64,000 nt of DNA from an uncultured Candidatus Peribacteria bacterium. Its GTDB lineage: Bacteria; Patescibacteriota; Gracilibacteria; UBA1369; UBA12473. The stretch spans positions 18,326 through 82,325 of the forward strand of contig CAZBGQ010000004.1 in assembly GCA_964491515.1 (NCBI GenBank), written 5' to 3'. Under the pieces are notes generated by a model. It was not told the origin of the DNA and did not search any database. It worked only from the letters and a program-made list of their open reading frames with translations. The position numbers and the translations under genes are program-made. This document shows, in pieces, positions 34,471 through 43,485 of this stretch; position 1 is the first letter of the stretch, and each line of letters opens with the position of its first letter.

Positions 34471-36051
34471 CTACGGATTGTATTGGTAGATCTGAGTTTC
34501 CCCATTGTCATAAATAATCTCAAACAAGGCGCTAGTCGAAAATTTCCCCTCCCCTACGAAATCATAGTCTTTGGCACGCATGATAACCCGAGAATCATGC
34601 GTTTTAGGTTTTTCACTTTCAGCGAAACGAGCAATGGCCTCTCTAGTACGAGGAGATATAATTACAAAAAGTTTATCGGCTTTAAATATTTGTTGAGATT
34701 CGGTTAAGAAATCAATGGATTCTGTGGAGAAGAAAGGGTCTGAAAAAATGCTATATATAGTCTTCATTTGGGGTGACCTAAGGTTGAGGTAGCTATGAAG
34801 GCTGGCTTCTTCGTCAGACCAATTTTTTGGCGCTTTATTTTGAAAATAGTTGGAATTGAGTGTGTTGACATGAAACATAGAAGTGAAAATAGTAGCATAA
34901 TCAGAAATGAGGAGATCATTAGATACATCTTGTTTTTCAATCCACTCAAAAGCACTTACCTCACTTGGGATCATGGTTGGAATCACTGCGATATCAGTTG
35001 CATAGGTATACCCTGCTCTGTAAAAAGCAAAAATAAAGTAGCACACCAAGAGGAAGGGCAGAGACTTTTTAAGAAGACTATTTTTAATAGTGGCGTTTGA
35101 ATAATCGTAGCCAATTCCAATCAATAAGAAGCAGGAAAGAAAGAATAGAAAAAACATACGTGTATGTATATGGGTTCCTAATATGATATAAAAGAAAAAT
35201 GAGGTAAAAAGAAGAGAAATAGCTATGCGAATAGAAGATTTAAAATGAGAATGAGAAAACTTGGGATAAAGAATAATTAGCCCAGCAAGTGCAGGTAAAT
35301 AAATGTAAAAATAGCTCCATAGAGTCGCAAGATAATCAGGAGTGTTAGAACTTGAAAAGTTGGAGACTAATAGAAAGAAGTGCGATAAATCTAGGAATGG
35401 CTGAAAGGTGAGCATTAACTTAAGAAGTACAAAGGCACCGATTGAGAGTATTAAGTGCTTTAGGGATAATGGATTAAAATAGTAAATTAGAATAAAAGCG
35501 ATTAACGGAAGAATACCCCACCAAAATAAGAGAGTACAAAGGAGTAAAACCATGAAAACTCTATTACGGTTTCTCCCTAAAAGGAGGGGGATAATGAGGA
35601 GAAGGGATAGGCTTAGGAAATGAGATGGAACCATGTAGGCCTGTCCCGGGAAAAACTGTGGAGAAAGTGAAAATCCAATTAAGATGGCCACAATCAATCC
35701 AGTAGTTTTGCTAAAGCGCTGACCTAATCGATATCCCAGGAAAATCAAAAGAAACAAAACAAATCCATGCATTAGAAGCGTTAAAGTTTCTAAGGGGATA
35801 TTGGTCAAGCTATGTACAATGCCAAGCCAATAAGAATATAATAATGGGCTTCCCTGGAAAGGGGTTAGAATAGCTTCTTTGTTTTCAAAAATAACCATAC
35901 GCCGAGCAATGCCCATATAAGCATATTCGTCGGTTCCATTAGGCAACCAAAAATTCTGGAGATTATTTGCCAAAAAGCTCATAAGCCAAACCACGCTTAA
36001 AAGAGCATAGGACAAAATTTTGCGCGAAGAAGAGGAAATGTGATTAATCAT
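34471..36051 (-). CDS. GT-C-fold glycosyltransferase, ArnT/PMT_2-like (putative)
   Basis: 526 aa, polytopic. The first external loop NGTDEYAYMGIARRMV...TPFQGSPLLYSYW matches the DE..Y...P...PL.YW pattern of GT39/GT83 enzymes. Confidence 0.6.
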   Translation of the reverse strand: MINHISSSSRKILSYALLSVVWLMSFLANNLQNFWLPNGTDEYAYMGIARRMVIFENKEAILTPFQGSPLLYSYWLGIVHSLTNIPLETLTLLMHGFVLFLLIFLGYRLGQRFSKTTGLIVAILIGFSLSPQFFPGQAYMVPSHFLSLSLLLIIPLLLGRNRNRVFMVLLLCTLLFWWGILPLIAFILIYYFNPLSLKHLILSIGAFVLLKLMLTFQPFLDLSHFFLLVSNFSSSNTPDYLATLWSYFYIYLPALAGLIILYPKFSHSHFKSSIRIAISLLFTSFFFYIILGTHIHTRMFFLFFLSCFLLIGIGYDYSNATIKNSLLKKSLPFLLVCYFIFAFYRAGYTYATDIAVIPTMIPSEVSAFEWIEKQDVSNDLLISDYATIFTSMFHVNTLNSNYFQNKAPKNWSDEEASLHSYLNLRSPQMKTIYSIFSDPFFSTESIDFLTESQQIFKADKLFVIISPRTREAIARFAESEKPKTHDSRVIMRAKDYDFVGEGKFSTSALFEIIYDNGETQIYQYNP

Positions 36052-36066
36052 GATTATATCCTAACA

Positions 36067-36780
36067 CTATGCAATCTCGTGAGAAAGGCCCATTGCTTCT
36101 AGGCATGCAACATACTTAGAGCTCTGGCACAGACGGAGGCGTAGGGGGTTCAGGAGGCGCTCTATTCGCTCAGGAGAGCCTACGGGGATCTTACATTCAA
36201 GTATGATTAAGTGGGGGAGATGATGAGCATATTTAAGACGGGGTCTGCGCGCCTGTAGTTGATTGTAATAACCAATATTATAATCAAGAGTGAGACGAAT
36301 TTTACTGTGAGGATCACGGAAATATTCTCGCTGATACTCATTGATTAGAACCGGATCGGATCGGAATAAAAATCGCTCGTATTGTTCTAGTGAAAGATGT
36401 TGGCGGAGTTGGGCTTTTAGTTCTCTGTAGGTGAGTTGATAGATTGGAGTAGTAAGTTGGATTTCGACTCGATCTTTTGAAGAGAAAATATTGGAGCGCT
36501 CTTTGAATTCGAAAAAAATGGTTTTATCTGATGAGTCATACCAGCGAATCCGTGATTTCCAACGACGAGAAATACCAGATTTGTTTTCATCATAGGAAGA
36601 AAAAGAAATATCATCAAAATAGAGTGTCCGATTGGTCGAGACTCGTTTGTGGTGAATAATCGGAAGACAGTTGGAGTTAAGAATTCTGCGTATATAGCTT
36701 AAGTCTCCTCCAATGATCTGAAATTTACGTTCAGCTCGATGGAATGTGACTTGATCCGCTTGGGTGGTGGCTTTAATCAT
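36067..36780 (-). CDS. VTC-domain protein (polyphosphate polymerase-like, CYTH/triphosphate-tunnel fold)
   Basis: FHRAERKFQI, TLYFDD, RRWKSRIRWY and FFEFKER are the basic tunnel-strand motifs of bacterial VTC-domain proteins. No TM helix. Confidence 0.8.
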   Translation of the reverse strand: MIKATTQADQVTFHRAERKFQIIGGDLSYIRRILNSNCLPIIHHKRVSTNRTLYFDDISFSSYDENKSGISRRWKSRIRWYDSSDKTIFFEFKERSNIFSSKDRVEIQLTTPIYQLTYRELKAQLRQHLSLEQYERFLFRSDPVLINEYQREYFRDPHSKIRLTLDYNIGYYNQLQARRPRLKYAHHLPHLIILECKIPVGSPERIERLLNPLRLRLCQSSKYVACLEAMGLSHEIA

Positions 36781-39479
36781 TATAGGTTGGGATTGGTTTC
36801 AACCATTTCAGCAAACACGTCATGTGAGGCGTTGCGATTAGGAGGGAGGAGTACGTCATTCAAATAAACAGTAGATCCTTCATGTACCACCATCTGATCT
36901 GTTGAAATAGTTTTATCCGTTGTGAGAGAGAGTGACGAAGCTCCAAATTCAGATTTTTTTGTATAAGCCGCCAAGTCAAAATAAGTGTTAGCGAGATTTA
37001 CGTCAGAAGCGGTAAGAGATGAAAGATCTTTACTGGTCAGGCCGATAAATGCATCAACAATAGTAGCGCCCGTAAGCGTGACGGTGCTTCCTTCTCCGGC
37101 GCTAACGCCTTTATCTCCAGTTCCTCTTACTAAGAGGTCATTGATCTCTATAACCGTTCCACTGACATCAATACTGTCGTTCCCAATATCTAAAAAGGTT
37201 ATGTCTTCGATGGTACCTTTTGAGAAATCCCCGTCAAAGGCATCTGAAAAAGTTCGAGCTAGGGTCACAGATTTTAGCGCAAATTCAGATTCGACAATAT
37301 TTAAGCCATCTTCTCCGTGCATATCTTGGATAGTTACATTGTCCATATTTACGTTGCTTCGAAAAAATGTAACGCCTCCTGTTAAATTATACGTATCATT
37401 AACTTGTTGTGAGCCACCTGAGAACTGCACATGTTCTAGGGTAGAAGGTGAGTCACCATTTAATACAATGAAAACACCCCAGGGCTCTTCTGGGTTGAGT
37501 GCCTCAATTATTATGGGAGAAGATTCAGTGCCTATAAACTCGAGTGGGGCATAGGAATAGATAGAAACAGAGGGGGCGAGCCGAAGGCGAGCGCCAGGTT
37601 CTGCTTTGAGTGTGTAGCCCGAGGGAATAATTAAGTCATCATTCAAATCCCAGCTCCCAGAGGAGATAGTTACAGTTTTAGAACGTGTATCCTTTATTAT
37701 GAATGGAAAGGATTCTATGTTGGCATTAGACTCCAAGACACGATTTTTTGGGAATGAGGGGGTTAGGGGTGTCCCAGCTACAGTCTCTTGGAAATCCGTT
37801 CCCGAAATACTAAAGTGAACCTCAACATTATGAGGGGTGTCTGTGGACGCTATGTCTAGGCAAATTGATTGATAGTTTGGTGGGGCCAGGTAAAGCGTAG
37901 GCGAAAGCTGGAACTCGTCAAAATAATTAGTGGTTCCACATTGTTGAAGTTCTCTCATTGGAAATAATTTCTCATCGACTTCAACGGAATGAATAGTAAG
38001 CGCAAGGGGAACAAAGTTACCCAGCTGAATTTCAAGGTGATCTAACCCTTCTTCAAGAGATCGAGCCTCGAAACGTGCGTGCAGAAATTGGGGAGGATTG
38101 AATAGTGATCGGATACTATATGCATTAGAGTCAATAGTGTGTCGAATATCTTTGATATTTGTGAAAGGGAATTCTCTCCATAAAAATCCCTGTAAGTGTC
38201 TAAGCTGAGGCTCATAGTGAGACCATAAAGTTTCAACATAATTTTCTTGGCTGACACGCCATAGTTCACTCTGGTAAAGAGGGGAGAATCTTTCATCTTG
38301 CAGGGCGTAGTAAATCAGCCCACGAAAATCAACGATCCCAAGGAGGACTCCTGTTGAACGCTGAACAGCATAATTATCAAAGCTAATAGGCTCAAAATGA
38401 GAAGTAATGGGATTGTAGTAAAAGCGCTCATTATGCCAAAAGTTTCCATGTTCCGCCCCAAATAGTGTTTGAAGTGAAAAATAACGTGCGTACTGTTCAC
38501 AATCAAAAACATCACAAAAGCTCATATTTTCTTGGTCGAACTCTTCTAATAGTGCATAGGCTGATTGTAGCCATTGTGCCTTTTGGGGATCTTCTTGTAT
38601 GTCGTTGAGCTCAAAGGGTTCAAGAGTGGCTGGATTGTGGAGTATGTCATCATGCCCAAAGAGAAGGGTGCTTGCAACAGTTTCTTTCTCGAGGACATTC
38701 ATGTGTGTGGCTCGATCATCCCAGAGAAAGTCTTCATTGTATTTAAAGATTATTGAATCTCGTCGTCCCATACTTTCGACAAGCTCTTTTGTGAAGAATT
38801 CAGAGGTGGCCATTACTCCGATTGATTTCCCATTGAGAATCGCATCAATAAATTCATAGCGTGGCGCAAGTATATTTTCATCTCGTAGTGCTTTGAATAG
38901 AAGCCATTCCCCAAGAAAGTTACGAGTTTTGGGGCTTTGCATTGAGAAGGTTGAAAGACCATTCCATGATTTTGAGTTGCGTATTTTTACGCGAAGAGAG
39001 GGTTTGTCTAAATCTAAGTGGTCGAGCCAGTCCCCCTTTAATCTAATTTTGGTTTTATACTCCCCTCCTTTAGAGGAGCTAATGGTAGCTTTTACATAAT
39101 CATCACTTGAGGAGATTAGAATCCCGACTTGAAGCGCCTCTTGTGCTTTCGCTTCTACTTTTTGCCAATTTTCAAAAGGAACATCTATGTAAATTGTTTC
39201 AAGCTCTTCATTGAAAAGAGGATGTATATAGGATGAAGCATAATGAATGGGGAGAAGTGCGGAATTTTGAAATTGACGAACAAAACGATCTACAAGATAA
39301 GGAAGCGCGTAGCCATACGTCGAATATACAAGGTAGCCAAAGGTTGAGAGAAGAACGAAAAAGAGGCTCAACGCTACTAATATTAGGCGCTTAAATAACC
39401 GACCACGATGACACTGTTTTAAAACAGAAAGAGCTCGGGACCACCAAGTAAAAGTAGATTCGGGGGGGGTAAGTCTCAC
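36780..39479 (-). CDS. CotH kinase-family protein with N-terminal membrane anchor and C-terminal parallel beta-helix-like repeats
   Basis: GTG start 2 nt after the upstream stop. TM anchor LILVALSLFFVLLSTFGYLVY. CotH-like core KIRLKGDWLDHL..KPSLRVKIRNS..FLGEWLLFKALRDENILAPRYEFIDAILNGKSIGVMATSEFF...HGNFWHNERFYYNP. C-terminal repeats NVTIQDMHGEDGLNIV, GNDSIDVSGTVIEINDLLV and GDKGVSAGEGSTVTLTG. Confidence 0.8.
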   Translation of the reverse strand: MRLTPPESTFTWWSRALSVLKQCHRGRLFKRLILVALSLFFVLLSTFGYLVYSTYGYALPYLVDRFVRQFQNSALLPIHYASSYIHPLFNEELETIYIDVPFENWQKVEAKAQEALQVGILISSSDDYVKATISSSKGGEYKTKIRLKGDWLDHLDLDKPSLRVKIRNSKSWNGLSTFSMQSPKTRNFLGEWLLFKALRDENILAPRYEFIDAILNGKSIGVMATSEFFTKELVESMGRRDSIIFKYNEDFLWDDRATHMNVLEKETVASTLLFGHDDILHNPATLEPFELNDIQEDPQKAQWLQSAYALLEEFDQENMSFCDVFDCEQYARYFSLQTLFGAEHGNFWHNERFYYNPITSHFEPISFDNYAVQRSTGVLLGIVDFRGLIYYALQDERFSPLYQSELWRVSQENYVETLWSHYEPQLRHLQGFLWREFPFTNIKDIRHTIDSNAYSIRSLFNPPQFLHARFEARSLEEGLDHLEIQLGNFVPLALTIHSVEVDEKLFPMRELQQCGTTNYFDEFQLSPTLYLAPPNYQSICLDIASTDTPHNVEVHFSISGTDFQETVAGTPLTPSFPKNRVLESNANIESFPFIIKDTRSKTVTISSGSWDLNDDLIIPSGYTLKAEPGARLRLAPSVSIYSYAPLEFIGTESSPIIIEALNPEEPWGVFIVLNGDSPSTLEHVQFSGGSQQVNDTYNLTGGVTFFRSNVNMDNVTIQDMHGEDGLNIVESEFALKSVTLARTFSDAFDGDFSKGTIEDITFLDIGNDSIDVSGTVIEINDLLVRGTGDKGVSAGEGSTVTLTGATIVDAFIGLTSKDLSSLTASDVNLANTYFDLAAYTKKSEFGASSLSLTTDKTISTDQMVVHEGSTVYLNDVLLPPNRNASHDVFAEMVETNPNL

Positions 39480-39481
39480 GT

Positions 39482-40162
39482 TTAGAGAAGATTATCCATA
39501 TCAACAAAAGAGATCAGCGAAGCAGGGAACTCCTTTTTAAGCAGAACGACAAGGTTAAGTAATGACTTTGAATCCTTGGCCTTAATGAGTACACGAGATT
39601 GAAGAACGTCTCCTTCGACATCAATCCGACGCAAATCTGCCACTTTTGTATGCTGATTGATCAAATCTAAGAATTTAGATTCTCCTTTTAAGATGAAATC
39701 CTTGTCTTCCCCTTCAAAAGTAATCATGAAATTATGAGAACTCCTTTTGGTTATAAATCGGTCTCGTACCGTAAGCATAACTGCGATGAATAATACGGCG
39801 ACAATCGTCGGCCAGCGCTGATCTGCTCCTAGGGAGAGTCCAACCGCGAGCGCAAGGAAAAGATAGATCAGTTCTTCCGGCTCCTTAATGGCAGAGCGAA
39901 AACGCACGATAGAAAGCGCTCCAACTAATCCCAGGGAAAGGGCTAGAGAAGATTTAACGACGGAAATGATTAAAATCGTAATTAAAGTAAGAAGCGGGAA
40001 AATGTTAGCTAGGCTCTCTTTATTTGAAAGCGTGTGAGAATAACGCAAGTAAAGCCATCGAACGACAAAGGCCAACGCGGTTCCCAGAATCAGGTTGATT
40101 AGCAAGCTCTCAATTGAGAGGTGAGCAGGTGTTGTGAGGTCTAATTGGAGTAAATCATTCAT
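39482..40162 (-). CDS. DUF4956-family membrane protein
   Basis: About 4 TM helices with SLALSLGLVGALSIVRFRSAIKEPEELIYLFLALAVGLSLGA, the hallmark DUF4956 segment. A C-terminal soluble domain of about 90 aa. Confidence 0.8.
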   Translation of the reverse strand: MNDLLQLDLTTPAHLSIESLLINLILGTALAFVVRWLYLRYSHTLSNKESLANIFPLLTLITILIISVVKSSLALSLGLVGALSIVRFRSAIKEPEELIYLFLALAVGLSLGADQRWPTIVAVLFIAVMLTVRDRFITKRSSHNFMITFEGEDKDFILKGESKFLDLINQHTKVADLRRIDVEGDVLQSRVLIKAKDSKSLLNLVVLLKKEFPASLISFVDMDNLL

Positions 40163-40180
40163 CTGAAAAAATATAGAGTT

Positions 40181-41302
40181 TTAAGGTCTATTTGTAAAGG
40201 AGGATTTCAAAAAATCGTCTAGTAAATTAATCGAATATTGAATGTCAAAAGACTCCGCAGCTTTGAGGGCATTTAGGTGCAACGTTTCTTGAAGAGATTT
40301 ATCCTGAAGAACTGTAAGTATTGCCCTTGCAAAGGCTTCCGGTTCTCTTGGGGGCGCAAGGTAGGCTTCTTTCAAATGAGTTAAGATAGCTGTGTTGCCA
40401 GGCACAGAGGTGGTAACAATAGGAGTGCCTGCCGCAAGTGATTCTAGAATGGTAGTGGACATGCCTTCTAATCGGGTGGACATAACCATGAGGTCGAGGA
40501 TACCTAATAATTCGGGGATGTCATTTCGATTACCAAGGAATAAAACTGAATCTTCCAATTTTAAGTTTTGTGCCATTTCTTGGAGAATGGATTTATCGGG
40601 GCCATCTCCGATCAGAAGGAGCCTGGCATTGGGGAATTTCGCTCTAACCATTTTGAAAGCTTTTAACAAATCATCCTGTCCTTTTTCATGCATGCGTAAT
40701 TTCGCCACACATCCGAGGATAGGGGAGTGACCAGTTAAGTTAAGAGATTTTAATTTCGCTACTTTATCTACAGGTCTTTGGAATTTTGTTATTTCTATCC
40801 CATTGGGGACCACGAGAATTCGATCTGGCTTGAAATGGTACATTTTCAAATAGCTCTCTTTAATAACGGGAGAAACCGAAAAAAATGTAGGCACCAAAAA
40901 GGAAGTTAATCGATTTGAGAAATATTGAAGCCAATACAAGCGACGGAACTTTTTATCAGGAACTGAGTGAAGATATCCATAGATTTTTTTGATTCCAAAA
41001 AGTCGTCCAAAAACCCGCCCAAATAAATCTGCATGTGGAAGATGCGTGATCATGGATTGAGGTTTGTGATGTTTAATTAATGTACGAAATTTTCTAATCG
41101 CACCTATGGATAGTACGTGCTTGGCATCTAAATAGTGGACTGGTACTCCTCGGGATTCCAGTTCTTTCCCGAGTTCTCCTCGTTCACGTAAACACACCAC
41201 ATGAGGTGTGTGTTGTGTCATTTTGGGAAGCATTTTCACTAATAAAACCTCGCAGCCTCCAATTTCTAACCCCGTTACAAAATGAAAAACAATAGGCTTC
41301 AT
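40181..41302 (-). CDS. GT-B (family 4) glycosyltransferase
   Basis: GGCEVLLV N-terminal region, and STRLEGMSTTILESLAAGTPIV E-x7-E motif. Confidence 0.85.
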   Translation of the reverse strand: MKPIVFHFVTGLEIGGCEVLLVKMLPKMTQHTPHVVCLRERGELGKELESRGVPVHYLDAKHVLSIGAIRKFRTLIKHHKPQSMITHLPHADLFGRVFGRLFGIKKIYGYLHSVPDKKFRRLYWLQYFSNRLTSFLVPTFFSVSPVIKESYLKMYHFKPDRILVVPNGIEITKFQRPVDKVAKLKSLNLTGHSPILGCVAKLRMHEKGQDDLLKAFKMVRAKFPNARLLLIGDGPDKSILQEMAQNLKLEDSVLFLGNRNDIPELLGILDLMVMSTRLEGMSTTILESLAAGTPIVTTSVPGNTAILTHLKEAYLAPPREPEAFARAILTVLQDKSLQETLHLNALKAAESFDIQYSINLLDDFLKSSFTNRP

Positions 41303-41319
41303 GATGAGAGAATATCAGA

Positions 41320-43149
41320 TTAGAACGTCTGAAGCCATTGTTCCAACATCAAGAGTGTCCACAGCCGCTGACTGTGATCCAAGTCTGTATTCAGATGCTC
41401 ATATACGAGTTTTTCGGTTTGAGCGCGATCGTAATAATCATGGAGTTTTGCGTTGGGAGACAACAGCGCATCTCGAAGGAATTCTTTCATTGGTCCACGG
41501 AACCATTCTCCGATGGGTATTTCAAATCCGCGTTTTCCTTTAAATACTCCTTCTGGGAGTTTGTTTTTAAATACTGATTTAAGGATTCGCTTCCCATTTT
41601 TATAATCTGCTGGCAATTGTGCTAAAAATTCCATCAATTGATGATCCAAGAATGGAGAGCGTCCCTCCAAGCTATAAGCCATCGTAGCCACATCCACCTT
41701 TACTAATAAATCATCTGTTAAGCGGTGGGAAATGTCCACCCACATCAATTGATCCATGGGGTCGTCCCCCTTGAATCCTGCAAATTTCGCTTCCATTAAT
41801 TCTGTTCCATTGAATTGATTTCCTGCAATCTCATCAGGAGAAAAATGAGAAGTGTATGACAAGTATCGTTCAGGTGAAGGTTTGTGAGAAGATTGAAGAA
41901 ACCGTTTCAATCGGAAAGTGAATAAGGACGGTTTAATTCCCAAAAACGGCGAAGCTGAACCTGCTAATAAGCGTTGGAGTGGTTTGGGAATAATCCCATA
42001 TTTCAATGAAAACTGAAAGTATTTGTACATACGGTACCCTAACAAGCTTTCATCTCCTCCATCACCGTTTAAGGCTACGGTCACATGTTTCCGTGTCATT
42101 TGAGCCAAGTAAAAGGAAGGGATTGCGGAGGAGTCGGCATAGGGTTCTTCGTAATGGTCTATGAGCTGAGGGAGAATCTTGAGAGCGTGAGGTTCCACAA
42201 TAAATTCTTGATGATTGGTGTTGAATGTTTGGGCTACTTGACGAGCTAGGGGCAATTCATTGAATTTTTCTTCTTTAAATCCAATGGAAAACGTATTGAT
42301 GGGCTGATCCGAAATCTGACTCATCACTGCAGTCACAGCACTTGAGTCCATTCCTCCACTTAAGAAAACTCCTAGTGGTACATCGCTTATCATGCGTAAG
42401 CGGACGGCCTCTGTGAATTTTGCAAGAAATTGCTCGCCGGCCTCCTCAAAAGAAAGAGTGGATTTTGGAGAGTAGTGAAGTTCCCAATATCGTTCCATGC
42501 GGATGTTACCTTTTTCAAACACTAGAAAATGAGCAGGTGGAAGTTTTTGGATCCCCTTAAATCCTGTGAGTGGGTGAGGGACAAACCCAAAATGCAAATA
42601 CGCCTCGATTGCTTCAGGATCAATTTCCCTCTTCACAGAGTCATCCTTAAGAATCGAACGAATGCAGGATCCAAAAACTAATTTAGTGCCATCATAAAAA
42701 TATTTAAGTGGCTTTTGGCCCACGCGATCGCGTATTAAAATCAATTTCTGTTTAGGTCGGTCCCAAATTGCAATCGCAAACATTCCACGTAAATACTCCA
42801 TGCAGCGTTCTCCATATTTTTCATATAAATAGATAATGACTTCCGTGTCGGATTCAGATTTAAATGAATATCCTTCTTTTTCCATCTCCTTACGAATTTC
42901 ACGATAATTATAAATTTCTCCATTTAGCATCACAGTCACATCGCCATCTTGGCTCTGCATTGGTTGGTGGCCTTTTTCTGACAAATCAATGATCGCCAAT
43001 CTTTTAAATGCAAACCCTGCCGGTCCATCTTTAAAAAGGCCTTCATCGTCGGGCCCCCTGTGAGTCATGGCTGTTGCCATATTCTTTAACAATTCAGAAG
43101 AAACCTCCTTGTTGTAATCGGTAAAAACTTTACCGGCAATTCCACACAT
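41320..43149 (-). CDS. asnB: Glutamine-hydrolysing asparagine synthetase-family amidotransferase (AsnB/WbpS-like)
   Basis: MCGIAG Ntn cysteine start, and SGGMDSS PP-loop. 609 aa. Confidence 0.9.
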   Translation of the reverse strand: MCGIAGKVFTDYNKEVSSELLKNMATAMTHRGPDDEGLFKDGPAGFAFKRLAIIDLSEKGHQPMQSQDGDVTVMLNGEIYNYREIRKEMEKEGYSFKSESDTEVIIYLYEKYGERCMEYLRGMFAIAIWDRPKQKLILIRDRVGQKPLKYFYDGTKLVFGSCIRSILKDDSVKREIDPEAIEAYLHFGFVPHPLTGFKGIQKLPPAHFLVFEKGNIRMERYWELHYSPKSTLSFEEAGEQFLAKFTEAVRLRMISDVPLGVFLSGGMDSSAVTAVMSQISDQPINTFSIGFKEEKFNELPLARQVAQTFNTNHQEFIVEPHALKILPQLIDHYEEPYADSSAIPSFYLAQMTRKHVTVALNGDGGDESLLGYRMYKYFQFSLKYGIIPKPLQRLLAGSASPFLGIKPSLFTFRLKRFLQSSHKPSPERYLSYTSHFSPDEIAGNQFNGTELMEAKFAGFKGDDPMDQLMWVDISHRLTDDLLVKVDVATMAYSLEGRSPFLDHQLMEFLAQLPADYKNGKRILKSVFKNKLPEGVFKGKRGFEIPIGEWFRGPMKEFLRDALLSPNAKLHDYYDRAQTEKLVYEHLNTDLDHSQRLWTLLMLEQWLQTF

Positions 43150-43152
43150 AAA

Positions 43153-43485
43153 TTACTTGTCATCAATATCTTTAAGCGCCAATGCGCGAACCAATTTTTC
43201 GACACGGTTTTGCATACGTTTCACTACTAAATAATTGTGTAGTAGGAGAAGAAAGCCAAATAGAAATGCAATCACCACCACAAAGTCCATGAGTCGAGCA
43301 AATCCCATATGTCTTACATAAGGGCTAACGAATTGAGGGAATAATGATACAAATAAAAATCCAACCCATAAAAGTAACCAGAAAAACAGTTCACGCCCGG
43401 AAAAATCTTTGCGACGATAGTTTGTATAAGAAAAAAAGATGGCCACAAGAGCGAACGCAACGGAGATGATTTGAATGCCGATCAT
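43153..43485 (-). CDS. DUF2304-family small membrane protein
   Basis: 110 aa with 3 TM helices. The YRRKDFSGRELFFWLLLW pattern is typical, and it shows the usual 4-nt-overlap pairing with a polyprenyl-phosphate GT2. Confidence 0.7.
   Translation of the reverse strand: MIGIQIISVAFALVAIFFSYTNYRRKDFSGRELFFWLLLWVGFLFVSLFPQFVSPYVRHMGFARLMDFVVVIAFLFGFLLLLHNYLVVKRMQNRVEKLVRALALKDIDDK

Noticed and set aside
36985-37554. 189-aa plus-strand ORF inside the CotH-family gene, and similar antisense or alternative-frame ORFs (2703-2990, 40392-40730, 52371-52865, 56485-56922, 20163-20546)
   Set aside because: All are embedded in longer ORFs with clear family motifs on the other strand or frame. Their products are Ser/Pro/Arg-rich, with no recognisable features.
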